A stretch of DNA of 64,000 nt from NCBI GenBank assembly GCA_965208575.1, contig CBDBOV010000005.1, forward strand, positions 1,024,001 to 1,088,000, given 5' to 3'. Origin of the DNA: Spirochaetia bacterium (GTDB taxonomy: Bacteria > Spirochaetota > Spirochaetia > SZUA-6 > Bin103). This document shows positions 18,280 to 29,271 of the stretch, piece after piece. Numbering within the stretch: position 1 is the first letter of the stretch; every line of letters starts with the position of its first letter. The position numbers were made by a program, and so were the translations under genes. Under the pieces are notes generated by a model that worked only from the letters and a program-made list of their open reading frames with translations, was not told the DNA's origin and did no database searches.

Positions 18280-19235
18280 GCCGTATCGCTCCGCGTTGCG
18301 CGCGCCACGTCGGCGGCCAGGCGCGTGACCAGGTAGCCGTGCGGGTCGAGGATGCGGGCCACGGTCACGTCGTCGGTGAGGGCGCCCTGGCTGACGGCGG
18401 CGCCGTCGGCCGCCAGCCGGCGGCGAATGGCGGCCAGCTCGGCCACGGCGCGTGGGCCGCATGCCACGCAGGTGCCCCAACCCAGGTAGTCTCCGAAGCC
18501 GCTGGCCGCCAGCGGCACGGCCGGTGGGCGCAGGTCCCAGCGCTCGCGATACACCACGCGGTCATCGTGGAGCACGGTGAGCCGATAGGCAAGCCGGTTG
18601 AACGCCCAGCGTTCCCCCATCTGCGTGCGTCCGGGGCAGCCGCTCTCCACCAGCAGGCACTCGCCGCCGGCGGCAACGCACACGACGGTGGTCTGCGCCA
18701 CGGCGGCGCCGGCAAACGGAATCAGCGGCGGACCGGCAATGCGCAGGTAGCTGCCGCCGCCCACCCGCGCTGCCAGTTGCAGGTGGGAAACACCGCCACC
18801 GGCTTCGGACTCTTCCGGCGCACCGGAACCGCCGTGCGAACCGGGACCTCCGTGCGACCCCGGTCCTTCAGGCGAACGCGTTGCTCCAGGCGAACGCGTT
18901 GCTCCAGGCGAACCAGTTCCTCCAGGCGAATCCGGTCCTCCGGGCGAACCCGGTCCGCCGGGAGCACCCGGTCCTCCGGGCGAACCCGGGTCACCGGGAA
19001 GGCACAGGGTGCTTGCCGGCGGGGCCCAGGTCACCTCGGCGCCGTCCGCGAGCGCGACGCGCTGCAGGTGGCGTTCGCCGTTGCGCAGGCCGCCGCCCTG
19101 GTCCACCGGCGCCGCCAGCAGGCCGCCGCCGGGGCAGGGCAGCACGTTGACGAATAGCGGCGCCCGGTAGCGCGTCCGCCAGCGCCGCCCCTCGGCAGTA
19201 AGCCGCACCTCGCCGCGGCGCACCGCGTCAGTCAC
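18276..19235 (-). CDS. ureD: Urease accessory protein UreD (divergent, with internal Gly/Pro repeat insertion)
   Basis: 'GGGLRNGE', 'LIPFAGA', '[12 protein letters not shown]', 'VYRERW' are UreD-like; lies after ureFG. Start uncertain (GTG 19235 or ATG 19295). Confidence 0.7.
   Translation of the reverse strand: MTDAVRRGEVRLTAEGRRWRTRYRAPLFVNVLPCPGGGLLAAPVDQGGGLRNGERHLQRVALADGAEVTWAPPASTLCLPGDPGSPGGPGAPGGPGSPGGPDSPGGTGSPGATRSPGATRSPEGPGSHGGPGSHGGSGAPEESEAGGGVSHLQLAARVGGGSYLRIAGPPLIPFAGAAVAQTTVVCVAAGGECLLVESGCPGRTQMGERWAFNRLAYRLTVLHDDRVVYRERWDLRPPAVPLAASGFGDYLGWGTCVACGPRAVAELAAIRRRLAADGAAVSQGALTDDVTVARILDPHGYLVTRLAADVARATRSDTA
18813..18992 (-). repeat. In-frame 18-bp minisatellite, 10 degenerate units
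   Basis: Encodes [60 protein letters not shown] inside ureD. Confidence 0.9.
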
Positions 19236-19377
19236 GGCGTCCGGTCCCGGCGTGCCGCGCAGGTGTCGATGCCCCGATGTCGGCACTCGCCGCATCGCTC
19301 ACCGGGCGACCGAGCCGGCTCCCCGGCGAGCCGCGGCCCGCCGGGGACGCGAGCGCTTCGCGGCGCGCAGCCGGCGG

Positions 19378-19420
19378 CGCCGCCCGCTGCGCACGCCGCC
19401 CGCTGCGCACGCCGCCCGCT
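19378..19420. repeat. 16-bp tandem repeat, ~2.7 copies
   Basis: CGCCGCCCGCTGCGCA x2 plus CGCCGCCCGCT in the ureG-ureD spacer. Confidence 0.8.
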
Positions 19421-19718
19421 CCGGACCAGCCGGGCGGCGCGTGCTGCCCGGACGGCGGTAGCACTCGTAGTCCCGTCGGTTGGGGTGCCGCGCCGCCGGC
19501 CTGCGCACCGGCCCGAGTGACTGCCCGGTAACGGCGTGCGGAGGAGTGGCGCTCGCCGTGGTAGTCCCTGTCGAAACATCGGTGTCATCCGAGCGGCGAC
19601 GCATCCCGTTCGGCAGCGTTGCGCCGCGCTCACCGACGACCGATACGCTCGTTCGTCTCGCCTTGCCAACCGGGCGCCTCGCCGGTCTCGGTGCGACGCC
19701 GGCTTCCGCCATGGCCTG

Positions 19719-20444
19719 CTACCGGTGGGCGTGCACGTGTGGGTGGTCGTGGTGGTGATGGTGGTGATGGTGGTGGTGGCCGCCCGCGCCCCACTCGGGG
19801 AGGCCGTCGCGCGGCGCCTCCGCGGTGCAGGCGTCGTGCACCCAGGCCGCCACCTGCTCCACCCCCACGCCGTCCTTCAGGTTGGTCATCACGAACGGGC
19901 GCCCGCCACGGGCGGCGCGCACGTCGGCGGTCATCCGCTCCAGGTCCACCTCGACGTACGGCGCCAGGTCGATCTTGTTGACCACCAGCAGGTCGCTGCG
20001 CGTGATGCCCAGGCCTCCCTTGCGCGGGATGTCGCCCCCCTGCGCAACGTCGATCACGTAGATCTGGTAATCGACCAGGTCGGGGCTGAAGCTGGCCGCC
20101 AGGTTGTCGCCGCCGCTCTCGATGAACGCCACGTGCGCATCCGGGAACCGGTCGTGGAGGCCGAGCAGCGCATCCGCGTTCACGGAGATGTCGTCGCGCA
20201 CCGCGGCATGGGGGCAGCCGCCCGTTTCCACGCCGACGATGCGGCCATCGTCCAGGGCGCCCGCCCGGATCAGGAAGTCGGCGTCCTCGCGCGAGTAGAT
20301 GTCGTTGGTAATGGCCACGATCGAGTGCTTGCCGCCGAGCCGCTGGCACAGGCGCAGCAGCAGGTGGCTCTTGCCCGAACCCACCGGCCCGCCGATGCCG
20401 AAGCGCGTAGCGCCGCGATGGTGTGCGTGTGGAGCGTCAGTCAC
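19719..20444 (-). CDS. ureG: Urease accessory GTPase UreG with C-terminal poly-His tail
   Basis: P-loop 'GGPVGSGKS', '[10 protein letters not shown]', 'VETGGCPH', 'IESGGDNL', 'NKIDLAP'; tail [18 protein letters not shown]. Confidence 0.96.
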   Translation of the reverse strand: MTDAPHAHHRGATRFGIGGPVGSGKSHLLLRLCQRLGGKHSIVAITNDIYSREDADFLIRAGALDDGRIVGVETGGCPHAAVRDDISVNADALLGLHDRFPDAHVAFIESGGDNLAASFSPDLVDYQIYVIDVAQGGDIPRKGGLGITRSDLLVVNKIDLAPYVEVDLERMTADVRAARGGRPFVMTNLKDGVGVEQVAAWVHDACTAEAPRDGLPEWGAGGHHHHHHHHHHDHPHVHAHR

Positions 20445-20513
20445 GGGAAACTCCTTGAAAACAAATATAACGGAGCGAGCCGGCCACGATGCGCACGACG
20501 CGGCCGTGCCGGA

Positions 20514-21257
20514 TCAACTGCGAAAGTAGCGCGCATCGAGTTCGCTGTGCCCGGCCACCGCCAAGTCCCAGCCGGGCGTAACCGAAGCCGGTGGACGGCG
20601 GCAGCAAACCGTCTCTGCGGCAAGGTCTGAGATCTCGTCGAGCAGTGAGCCGACTACGTCGAGAGCCGCGGACTGACCGATGGGAATGGTGCGAATCGCC
20701 ACCTGCGACCACTGCCGCGCAGTGTTCAGCAGGTGCGCCCGCACCAGCACCTCGGCGCCAATCGCCAGCAGGCCGCCTACGAATCCCCACGCCACCGCGA
20801 ATTGGACGCGCTCCCGGTGGCGGTGGCTAACCCGCACCACCTCGACATGGCCGGCTGTGCGCCGCAACAACGGGAATGCGGCGCCGGCAGTAGTCAGCAG
20901 TGAGCGCCCCAATTGGCCGCTGGCGCTGCGCGCCTCGTGAGATGGCAGAAAGCTTGCCAACTCGTCGCTAAGCCTTACGACGCGGTCTGCAGCGCGCGTC
21001 GCATCGGCTCGCTTCCCGTCGGCGCAGGAGCCTGCTAACCGCGCGCCCCGCGCGACGGCGCGTCCCTCCAACGGCGCAACCCCGAAGCGCAACGCATCGC
21101 GGATCCAGGGATGCAGGTCGACGGCGCCCGTGACCCACCCGCTCCGTATCGCCCACTCCAGCCCCCACGAGTGCGCGTATGCACCAGTAGGGAAGGCACT
21201 ATCCGCCAGCACCAGCAGCCGAAGCTGCTCCACTCTACGCGAATCCGTCACCCACAC
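20514..21257 (-). CDS. ureF: Urease accessory protein UreF
   Basis: 'LADSAFPTGAYAHSWGLE', 'ASGQLGRSLL', 'AIRTIPIGQ', C-terminal 'H....RYFRS'. Confidence 0.92.
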   Translation of the reverse strand: MWVTDSRRVEQLRLLVLADSAFPTGAYAHSWGLEWAIRSGWVTGAVDLHPWIRDALRFGVAPLEGRAVARGARLAGSCADGKRADATRAADRVVRLSDELASFLPSHEARSASGQLGRSLLTTAGAAFPLLRRTAGHVEVVRVSHRHRERVQFAVAWGFVGGLLAIGAEVLVRAHLLNTARQWSQVAIRTIPIGQSAALDVVGSLLDEISDLAAETVCCRRPPASVTPGWDLAVAGHSELDARYFRS

Positions 21258-21321
21258 GTTGGCGCTGCAACAAACCTCGCCGCAGAGTGAGCCCCGTCAC
21301 AGGTGACGAAGGAATGACGAT

Positions 21322-22008
21322 TCATAGCCCCAACTTGTGCTTGGCAGCACCCATATTGGGTGCATATTCCAAGCTTATTACCGCGAATTCGCTCTGGATG
21401 TCGGGACGTAGCTCTCCGTGTAATTGATAGTCTCTAGTGTTGGAAGATACGAAGACTGCGGCAACCATCACTCCCGAGTTGCGAAGTTTACGAATATGGT
21501 CAAGATAGGTTTCGATAATCGTACAATCTGCGAGCGACTCTTTTCCTTTGCGCGCCGGAGCCCGTAATTCCTTTGCGCGCCGATAAGCAGCTAATTCTGT
21601 TTGCTCGGTTTGCAACGCGACTGCGCTGACACTCAACCAGCGTTCCGCAACGCCACGGCAACGAGTCAAATGACCTTCCCAATGCTCAGTATTCGCCTTT
21701 CCCGGGGATCCGTGAAGTGCCGCCAATCGGTCAAGTTTGTCAATATCCTCTCGCATCCTGCGAATGCTCCTCGCTGCTTCTTCTTGTACATGGTCGACAC
21801 TTTCGGAAAACTCCGAGCGGACCAAGTCCGTGACAACGGCCACGAGGTTTACGCCGGACTCGGCCTCTAACAGAAGTGCCAACGAAGCCTCTTGGTGATC
21901 CGCATAGACGTCGTTTCGAGCAGGATCACGTATAACATCGAGAATGGCACACGTATCAAGGCATAGAATGGGGGCATGACTTGATATGGGATCTACTCTT
22001 GTTGACAA
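21322..22008 (-). CDS. PIN-domain protein (putative ribonuclease)
   Basis: PIN acidic motifs 'LCLDTCAILD', 'VRSEF', 'KESLADCTIIE', 'FVSSNTRDY'; visibly lower GC than the flanks; TTG start. Confidence 0.75.
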   Translation of the reverse strand: MSTRVDPISSHAPILCLDTCAILDVIRDPARNDVYADHQEASLALLLEAESGVNLVAVVTDLVRSEFSESVDHVQEEAARSIRRMREDIDKLDRLAALHGSPGKANTEHWEGHLTRCRGVAERWLSVSAVALQTEQTELAAYRRAKELRAPARKGKESLADCTIIETYLDHIRKLRNSGVMVAAVFVSSNTRDYQLHGELRPDIQSEFAVISLEYAPNMGAAKHKLGL

Positions 22009-22025
22009 GGGTTACGAATTCTTGC

Positions 22026-22739
22026 TTAGTTCCGATCGTATTCTTTTAACAGGGCCATTCCGAACTCAAATTCAAGCGTGAGATCGCGCGCCACCTCTGG
22101 TGGCCACTGATCGACTTCTACCAACCAGCGACCTAAGGTGTGAGTGTCTAACTCTCCATTTGCTCTATGCACGGCAAACAGAAACTCGAACCACCTTTGC
22201 TGATCCGACGGATGGGAGGATCCAGTGGACTTGTTGGCCGCGACCGAAAAACGGCGTAGTGCGCGGGCAGCCTCATGAGATGTCCAGTCGGTGATGCACC
22301 GCTCACGCTTGCCGAGTTCGAAGGAGAACATGGACTCGTCGGAAGCAGGTACTACAACTCGACTGACAAAGTCGTTGAGCACGTCATTGTACCCTCTCAC
22401 ACCGAGTTCACTGATCTCTTTCGGTACTATGTTGGCAACCGTAAAGCCGTCGGTTCTTTCCCACAGCGTCAGAACGGAAGCTTCAATGTCGTTTACTCCC
22501 TCACGTTCGAAATTCATCATGTCTTCGCCTAGTGCCAGCTTGTGTTCTTCCGAATAACGCCAAGGTGCCTTGGCATGCTGACGAAGCTTGTCACGAAGTT
22601 CCTGACGGCCTCCATCGTGGGTTGTCAGGAACAGATCCTGAAAGACTTCGATTGAGTCGATCTTGCGTCGCATCGCTTGCCTCATATCACCTGCTATGGC
22701 GAGCGGCGGATTCGTGGACACTCTGCCAGAGAGAGCCAC
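22026..22739 (-). CDS. Hypothetical protein (low-GC cassette, upstream partner of the PIN gene)
   Basis: Open 237-codon frame with globular-protein composition and motif 'ANKSTGSSHPSDQQRWFEF'; low GC; 17 nt from the PIN gene. True start may be a downstream ATG. Confidence 0.7.
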   Translation of the reverse strand: MALSGRVSTNPPLAIAGDMRQAMRRKIDSIEVFQDLFLTTHDGGRQELRDKLRQHAKAPWRYSEEHKLALGEDMMNFEREGVNDIEASVLTLWERTDGFTVANIVPKEISELGVRGYNDVLNDFVSRVVVPASDESMFSFELGKRERCITDWTSHEAARALRRFSVAANKSTGSSHPSDQQRWFEFLFAVHRANGELDTHTLGRWLVEVDQWPPEVARDLTLEFEFGMALLKEYDRN

Positions 22740-22954
22740 TGACCGGAGCCATTCTCAAGATAATGTATCCTCGACATTGTTGCATTCGTCAAGGTAAGGC
22801 GGGGTGCCGCGCGGGGAACGACACGGGCGCACAACGGCTCCTGTGCACACAAGTAGCGTACCCGTAGGGCGATGTCTCCACTGGTGCGGTTACGGACACA
22901 CAGTACCGCTACCATGGCCCGCAGCACGGCTCTCGACCTTGGGCCGTCTAACCT

Positions 22955-24728
<1,774 letters not shown>

Positions 24729-24736
<8 letters not shown>

Positions 24737-25187
24737 TGCCGAACTCCTGTTTCCGCATCTTCGCCATCGCCGCCGCGCGCACCGCGGGGTCGTCGAGCGC
24801 GCCGCCCACCAGGCCGTTCAGCCCGTGGCATACGCGCTCACCGCCCAGCGCCACCAGGCGCACCAGGTGGCGCTGGCCGGGCTCGAAGCGCACCGCGGTG
24901 CCGGCGGCAATGGCCAGCCTCATGCCGTACGCGCGCGAGCGGTCGAACACCAGCGCGCGATTGACCTCGAAGAAGTGGAAGTGGCTGCCCACCTGGATCG
25001 GCCGGTCGCCGGTGTTGGCCACCGCCAGTTGCACGGCCGTCCGCTCCGCCAGGCTGCGCCACGAGTTGCGCGCCGTCCACACCTGTCCCGGCGCCCAGCC
25101 GTTGCCGGCCCCGGCGCCATGCTCGCCCTCCGCGGCGGCCGCCGCGCGGCCGTGTCCCGCCGCCGGACTCGTTTCCCTGTCCTTCAT
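24729..25187 (-). CDS. ureB: Urease subunit beta
   Basis: '[45 protein letters not shown]'. Confidence 0.97.
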
Positions 25188-25215
25188 GGTCCTCCCTTCC
25201 CTACTCGGTTCGTGC

Positions 25216-25515
25216 TCACTGGATCGGGTGGTGCAGCGTCACCAGCTTGGTGCCGTCCGGAAACGTGGCCTCCACCTGCACGCTGGGGATCATCTCCGGA
25301 ACGCCGCTCATCACTTCGTCTGCCGACAGAATCGTCGGGCCGAGTTCGACGATGTCGGGCAGCGAACGGCCCTCCCGCGCCCATTCCATGATCTGCGTCG
25401 CGATCATCGCGGTCGCTTCCGGGTAGTTGAGCTTGATCCCGCGCCCGAGCCGGTCGCGCGCCACCATCGCGGCGACCGACAACAGCAGCTTCTCTCGTTC
25501 ATGCGGCGTAAACAT
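25216..25515 (-). CDS. ureA: Urease subunit gamma
   Basis: '[11 protein letters not shown]', '[10 protein letters not shown]', '[19 protein letters not shown]'; start ATG 25515 with GGAGAGG RBS. Confidence 0.97.
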   Translation of the reverse strand: MFTPHEREKLLLSVAAMVARDRLGRGIKLNYPEATAMIATQIMEWAREGRSLPDIVELGPTILSADEVMSGVPEMIPSVQVEATFPDGTKLVTLHHPIQ

Positions 25516-25611
25516 CTTGCCTCTCCATGAACGGCGCGATTCTCCGCCGTGAACAACGTGGTATTCTGCCGTGAGCACTGCGACTCGCAGTCGTAAACAC
25601 TGTCCCAGCTC

Positions 25612-26310
25612 CTACAACATCAGGTGGCTCTCGACGACCGCGCGGTTCTCGGCCCCGGCGCGCCCTTCGTGGACGAAGTTGCCGTGGTCCATCACGTACA
25701 CGCGGTCGGCGAGGCGCAGCGCGAAATCGAGCGATTGCTCAACCAGCAGGATCGCCAGCTCGCCCTGATCGCGGATTTCGCGGATCGCCCGTTCTATCTC
25801 CTGGACGATGGATGGTTGAATGCCCTCGGTCGGTTCGTCCAGCAGCAGCAGGCGCGGGCCGGTGATCAGCACGCGGGCTATCGCAAGTTGCTGCTGCTGG
25901 CCGCCGCTGAGGTCGCCGCCGCGCCGGTCCAGGATGCCGGCGAGGTCGGGAAACAGCTCGAACAGCCAGGGCGGCGCCTGGTCGCGCGACCGGTTGCGCG
26001 CCTCCAGGCCGATGTAGAGGTTCTCGGATACGGTCAGAAACGGAAAGATCTCGCGCCCCTGCGGCACGTAGCCGATGCCGGCGCGCGCGCGCCGGTCCGC
26101 GTGCCAGCGCGTCACGTCGTCCCCGCCAAAGGTGATCGTCCCGCCGCTGGTGCCGAGCACGCCCATCAGCGTTTTCAGCAGCGTGCTCTTGCCGACGCCG
26201 TTGCGTCCCATCACCGCCACCACTTCGCCGGCGCTCACCTGCAGATCGAGATCGTGCACGATCACCGAACTGCCGTACCCGGAACGCAGAGCGCTGGTCT
26301 CAAGCAGCAT
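25612..26310 (-). CDS. urtE: Urea ABC transporter ATP-binding protein UrtE
   Basis: 'GRNGVGKST', 'YVPQGREIFPFLTV', 'LSGGQQQQLAIAR', 'LDEPTEGIQPSIV'. Confidence 0.93.
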   Translation of the reverse strand: MLLETSALRSGYGSSVIVHDLDLQVSAGEVVAVMGRNGVGKSTLLKTLMGVLGTSGGTITFGGDDVTRWHADRRARAGIGYVPQGREIFPFLTVSENLYIGLEARNRSRDQAPPWLFELFPDLAGILDRRGGDLSGGQQQQLAIARVLITGPRLLLLDEPTEGIQPSIVQEIERAIREIRDQGELAILLVEQSLDFALRLADRVYVMDHGNFVHEGRAGAENRAVVESHLML

Positions 26311-27082
26311 TTCCGCCTCCCGGCGCATCGGCGCCTCCCGGTTCGCGGCCCAGGTATACGTCGATCACGGTGGGGTCCTGCTTTACCGTGGCAAAATCGC
26401 CCTCGCAGATCACCCGCCCGGCATGCAGGACGGTCACCAGGCTGGCGAAGCGGCTCACGAACTGCATGTCATGCTCCACCACCACTACCGAGCGCTCGCG
26501 GGCGATCGCCTCCAGGATCTCGCCGGTGCGTTCCCGCTCGCCGGCGGTCATGCCGGCCACCGGCTCGTCCACCAGCAGCAGTTCCGGATCCTGCACGATC
26601 GCCATGCCCAGTTCCAGCCACTGCTTCTCGCCGTGCGCCAGGGTGCCGGCCACGCCGCCGCGCCGGTCGGCCAGCCCCACCATGTCCAGCACTTCGTCGA
26701 TGCGCCGCCGCGCGGCACGCCCCTCGCGGTGGAACGCCGCCGCCAGAAAGCCGCGCGGCACCTCCGCCGCCAGCGCCATGTTCTGCTGCACGGTGAGGCT
26801 GTCGAACACCGACGGCGCCTGGAACTTGCGGCTGATGCCCATGCGTGCAACGGAGTGCTCGTCGTGCGCCAGCAGGTCGATCTCGTTGGCGAACTGCACG
26901 CGGCCCTCCACCGGCTTCACCTTGCCGCAGATCACGTCCAGCAGCGTCGTCTTGCCGGCGCCGTTGGGGCCGATCAGGAAGCGCAGTTCCCCCTTGCGCA
27001 CGATCAGGTTGACATGCTCCAGCGCCCTGAATCCGTCGAACTCGACGGTCACCGATTCCATGTACAGGATGTCGTAAAACAT
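26300..27082 (-). CDS. urtD: Urea ABC transporter ATP-binding protein UrtD
   Basis: 'VEFDGFRAL', 'GELRFLIGPNGAGKTT', 'LAHGEKQWLELGM', 'DEPVAGMT'. Confidence 0.93.
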   Translation of the reverse strand: MFYDILYMESVTVEFDGFRALEHVNLIVRKGELRFLIGPNGAGKTTLLDVICGKVKPVEGRVQFANEIDLLAHDEHSVARMGISRKFQAPSVFDSLTVQQNMALAAEVPRGFLAAAFHREGRAARRRIDEVLDMVGLADRRGGVAGTLAHGEKQWLELGMAIVQDPELLLVDEPVAGMTAGERERTGEILEAIARERSVVVVEHDMQFVSRFASLVTVLHAGRVICEGDFATVKQDPTVIDVYLGREPGGADAPGGGNAA

Positions 27083-28245
27083 CAGGACTTCCGCTCCGCG
27101 GCGGCTGCCACGGGCTCGGCCACCGGCGGCGCCAGCGTGCCGTTCCGGTGCGCGGTGTCCGCCACGGCGGCGCGCGGGGGTGCTGCCGACCGCTTGGCGG
27201 CCCGCGCCTTGCCCAGCAGCTCACGGAATTGCGCCGCAATTCCGGCCAGCCCGCGCGGGAACAGCAGCACCACGCCGATGAACAGCGCCCCGAACACGTA
27301 CAGCCACGCCTCCGGCAGCGACTCGCTGAACACCGTCTTGGCCCAGTTCACCACCACCGCTCCGGCAGCCGCGCCCACAATCGTGCCGCGCCCGCCGACC
27401 GCCACCCAGATCGCCATCTCCACCGACGGCAGAATGCTCATCGAAGACGGACTGATAATGCCCACCTGCGGCACGAACAGTGCCCCGGCGAAGCCGGCGA
27501 TGCCCGCCGACAACGCGAACGTCGCCAGCTTGTAGCGCACCGGGTTGTAGCCCAGGAAGCGCAGGCGGTTCTCACCGTCGCGAATGGCCATCAGCACGGT
27601 GCCGGTCCTGGTGTTCACCAGCCACAGCGCCAGCGCCGCCACCCCCACCAGCGTGATAACCGTGGCCAGGTACAGGCCCAGGCGCATCCCCGACTTGTAC
27701 AGGGAGATGCCGGCCAGCGACTGGAAGTTGGTCATGCCGTTGGTGCCGCCGGTGTAGGGCTGCTGGCCGATGAACAGGATGCTCATCGCCAGCGCCATCG
27801 CCTGCGTGAGGATGGAGAAGTAGACTCCGCGGATGCCCGACCGGAAGGTGGGGTAGCCGATGATGAGCGCGAACACGGCGGGAATGACCACCGCCATCGG
27901 CAGGGCAAACGCGAAGTGCCGGAACGGCTCCCAGAACCAGGGCAACTGCTCCAGGCCGCTCCACACCATGAAGTCCGGCAGCGCCTCCGACTGCAGCTTC
28001 ATGTGCATCGCCATGCTGTAGGCGCCGAGGCTGAAGAACACGGCGTGGCCCAGGCTGAGCACGCCGGCGTAGCCCCACAGCAAATCGAGCCCGACCGCGG
28101 CCACCGCGAACGCCAGGTACTTGCCGACCAGCGCGAGGCGGAAGTCGGACAGGAACAGCGGCAGCACCAGCAACACACCCACCATCAGTCCGTACGCGAG
28201 GTACTGCCGGCGCGACGGCGGTCCGGCGATCAGCTTGTCGAGCAT
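27082..28245 (-). CDS. urtC: Urea ABC transporter permease UrtC
   Basis: 'GLDLLWGYAGVLSLGH', 'LPDFMVWSG..LPWFW', 'RGVYFSILTQA', 'GGTNG', 'WVAVGGRGT'; start ATG 28245. Confidence 0.93.
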   Translation of the reverse strand: MLDKLIAGPPSRRQYLAYGLMVGVLLVLPLFLSDFRLALVGKYLAFAVAAVGLDLLWGYAGVLSLGHAVFFSLGAYSMAMHMKLQSEALPDFMVWSGLEQLPWFWEPFRHFAFALPMAVVIPAVFALIIGYPTFRSGIRGVYFSILTQAMALAMSILFIGQQPYTGGTNGMTNFQSLAGISLYKSGMRLGLYLATVITLVGVAALALWLVNTRTGTVLMAIRDGENRLRFLGYNPVRYKLATFALSAGIAGFAGALFVPQVGIISPSSMSILPSVEMAIWVAVGGRGTIVGAAAGAVVVNWAKTVFSESLPEAWLYVFGALFIGVVLLFPRGLAGIAAQFRELLGKARAAKRSAAPPRAAVADTAHRNGTLAPPVAEPVAAAAERKS

Positions 28246-29156
28246 CAATGCTGCCCCTCCAGGGCGCGGGTGCGCTGCACCAGGAAACCGGACGGCCGGA
28301 ACTGCAGAAACACCACGATGAGGGCGAAGATGATCACCTTGCCCATCGACGAGGTGGTGATGAACTCGAACAGTGGGCTGGCCGCCCCGATCAGCACGGC
28401 GCCGGCCACCGCACCGGCGATCGAACCGACCCCGCCGAGCACCACCACCATGAACGAGTCGATGATCCAGTTCTGCCCGGTGGCCGGTCCCACCGAGCCG
28501 AGCAGGCTCACCACGCAGCCGGCGATGCCGGCGAGGCCGCTGCCAAGCGCGAAGGTGCGGGCATCGACGGCCGCGGTATTGATTCCCAATGCTCCGGCCA
28601 TCGACCGATTCTGCATCACCGCGCGCATGCTGCGCCCGGCGCCGGTGCGGTTCAGGAACAGGTAGGTTCCCCACACGCACAGCACGGCCACCGCGATGAT
28701 GAACAACCTGTTGGTGGGCAGTTGGATGCCGTCGGCGAGCGCGAGCCCGCCCTGCAGCCAGCCGGGCGTACGTACCTCCACGTTGGAGGCGCCGAAGATG
28801 TTGCGCGCAAGCTGCTGCAGGATCAGGCTCAGGCCCCAGGTGGCCAGAATGCTTTCGAACGGCCGTCCATACAGGAACCTTATGAGTGAGCGCTCGGTCA
28901 GATACCCGATCGCCGCCGTGACCACGAACGCGGCCAGCAGCGCCACCAGGAACCAGCTTCCGCCGCCGAGCGCGTCGTACAGCAGGCGGTCGGTGAGGAA
29001 GGTGACGTAGGCGCCGATCATCACGAACTCGCCGTGCGCGAAGTTGATCACGCGCATGATGCCGAAGGTGATGCTCAATCCCAGCGCTACCATCAGCAAT
29101 ACGCTGCTGATCGAGAGGCTGTTGAAGATCTGCATTGCGGTGGTGGTGAGACTCAT
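28245..29156 (-). CDS. urtB: Urea ABC transporter permease UrtB
   Basis: 'GIMRVINFAHGEFVMIGAY', 'LYGRPFESILATWG', 'IIDSFMVVVLGGVG'; start ATG 29156. Confidence 0.93.
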   Translation of the reverse strand: MSLTTTAMQIFNSLSISSVLLMVALGLSITFGIMRVINFAHGEFVMIGAYVTFLTDRLLYDALGGGSWFLVALLAAFVVTAAIGYLTERSLIRFLYGRPFESILATWGLSLILQQLARNIFGASNVEVRTPGWLQGGLALADGIQLPTNRLFIIAVAVLCVWGTYLFLNRTGAGRSMRAVMQNRSMAGALGINTAAVDARTFALGSGLAGIAGCVVSLLGSVGPATGQNWIIDSFMVVVLGGVGSIAGAVAGAVLIGAASPLFEFITTSSMGKVIIFALIVVFLQFRPSGFLVQRTRALEGQH

Positions 29157-29271
29157 GTCGCTCCAGGTTGGCAGGTTGTATTGGCAGGTTGGTGAGACGC
29201 CGCGGCCGGAGGCCCCGCAGTGGGAACCTCCGGCCACGGACGCTCGACGCCCTGGTTCCGGTTCGTGCCCG

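Noticed and set aside
18813-19420. CRISPR array
   Set aside because: Repeats are contiguous 18-bp and 16-bp tandem units with no unique spacers; no cas genes.
21258-22954. Integron cassette explanation for the low-GC insert (GTTAGAC right after the ureC stop)
   Set aside because: Only a 7-mer core match; no RYYYAAC...GTTRRRY attC palindrome after either gene and no integrase.
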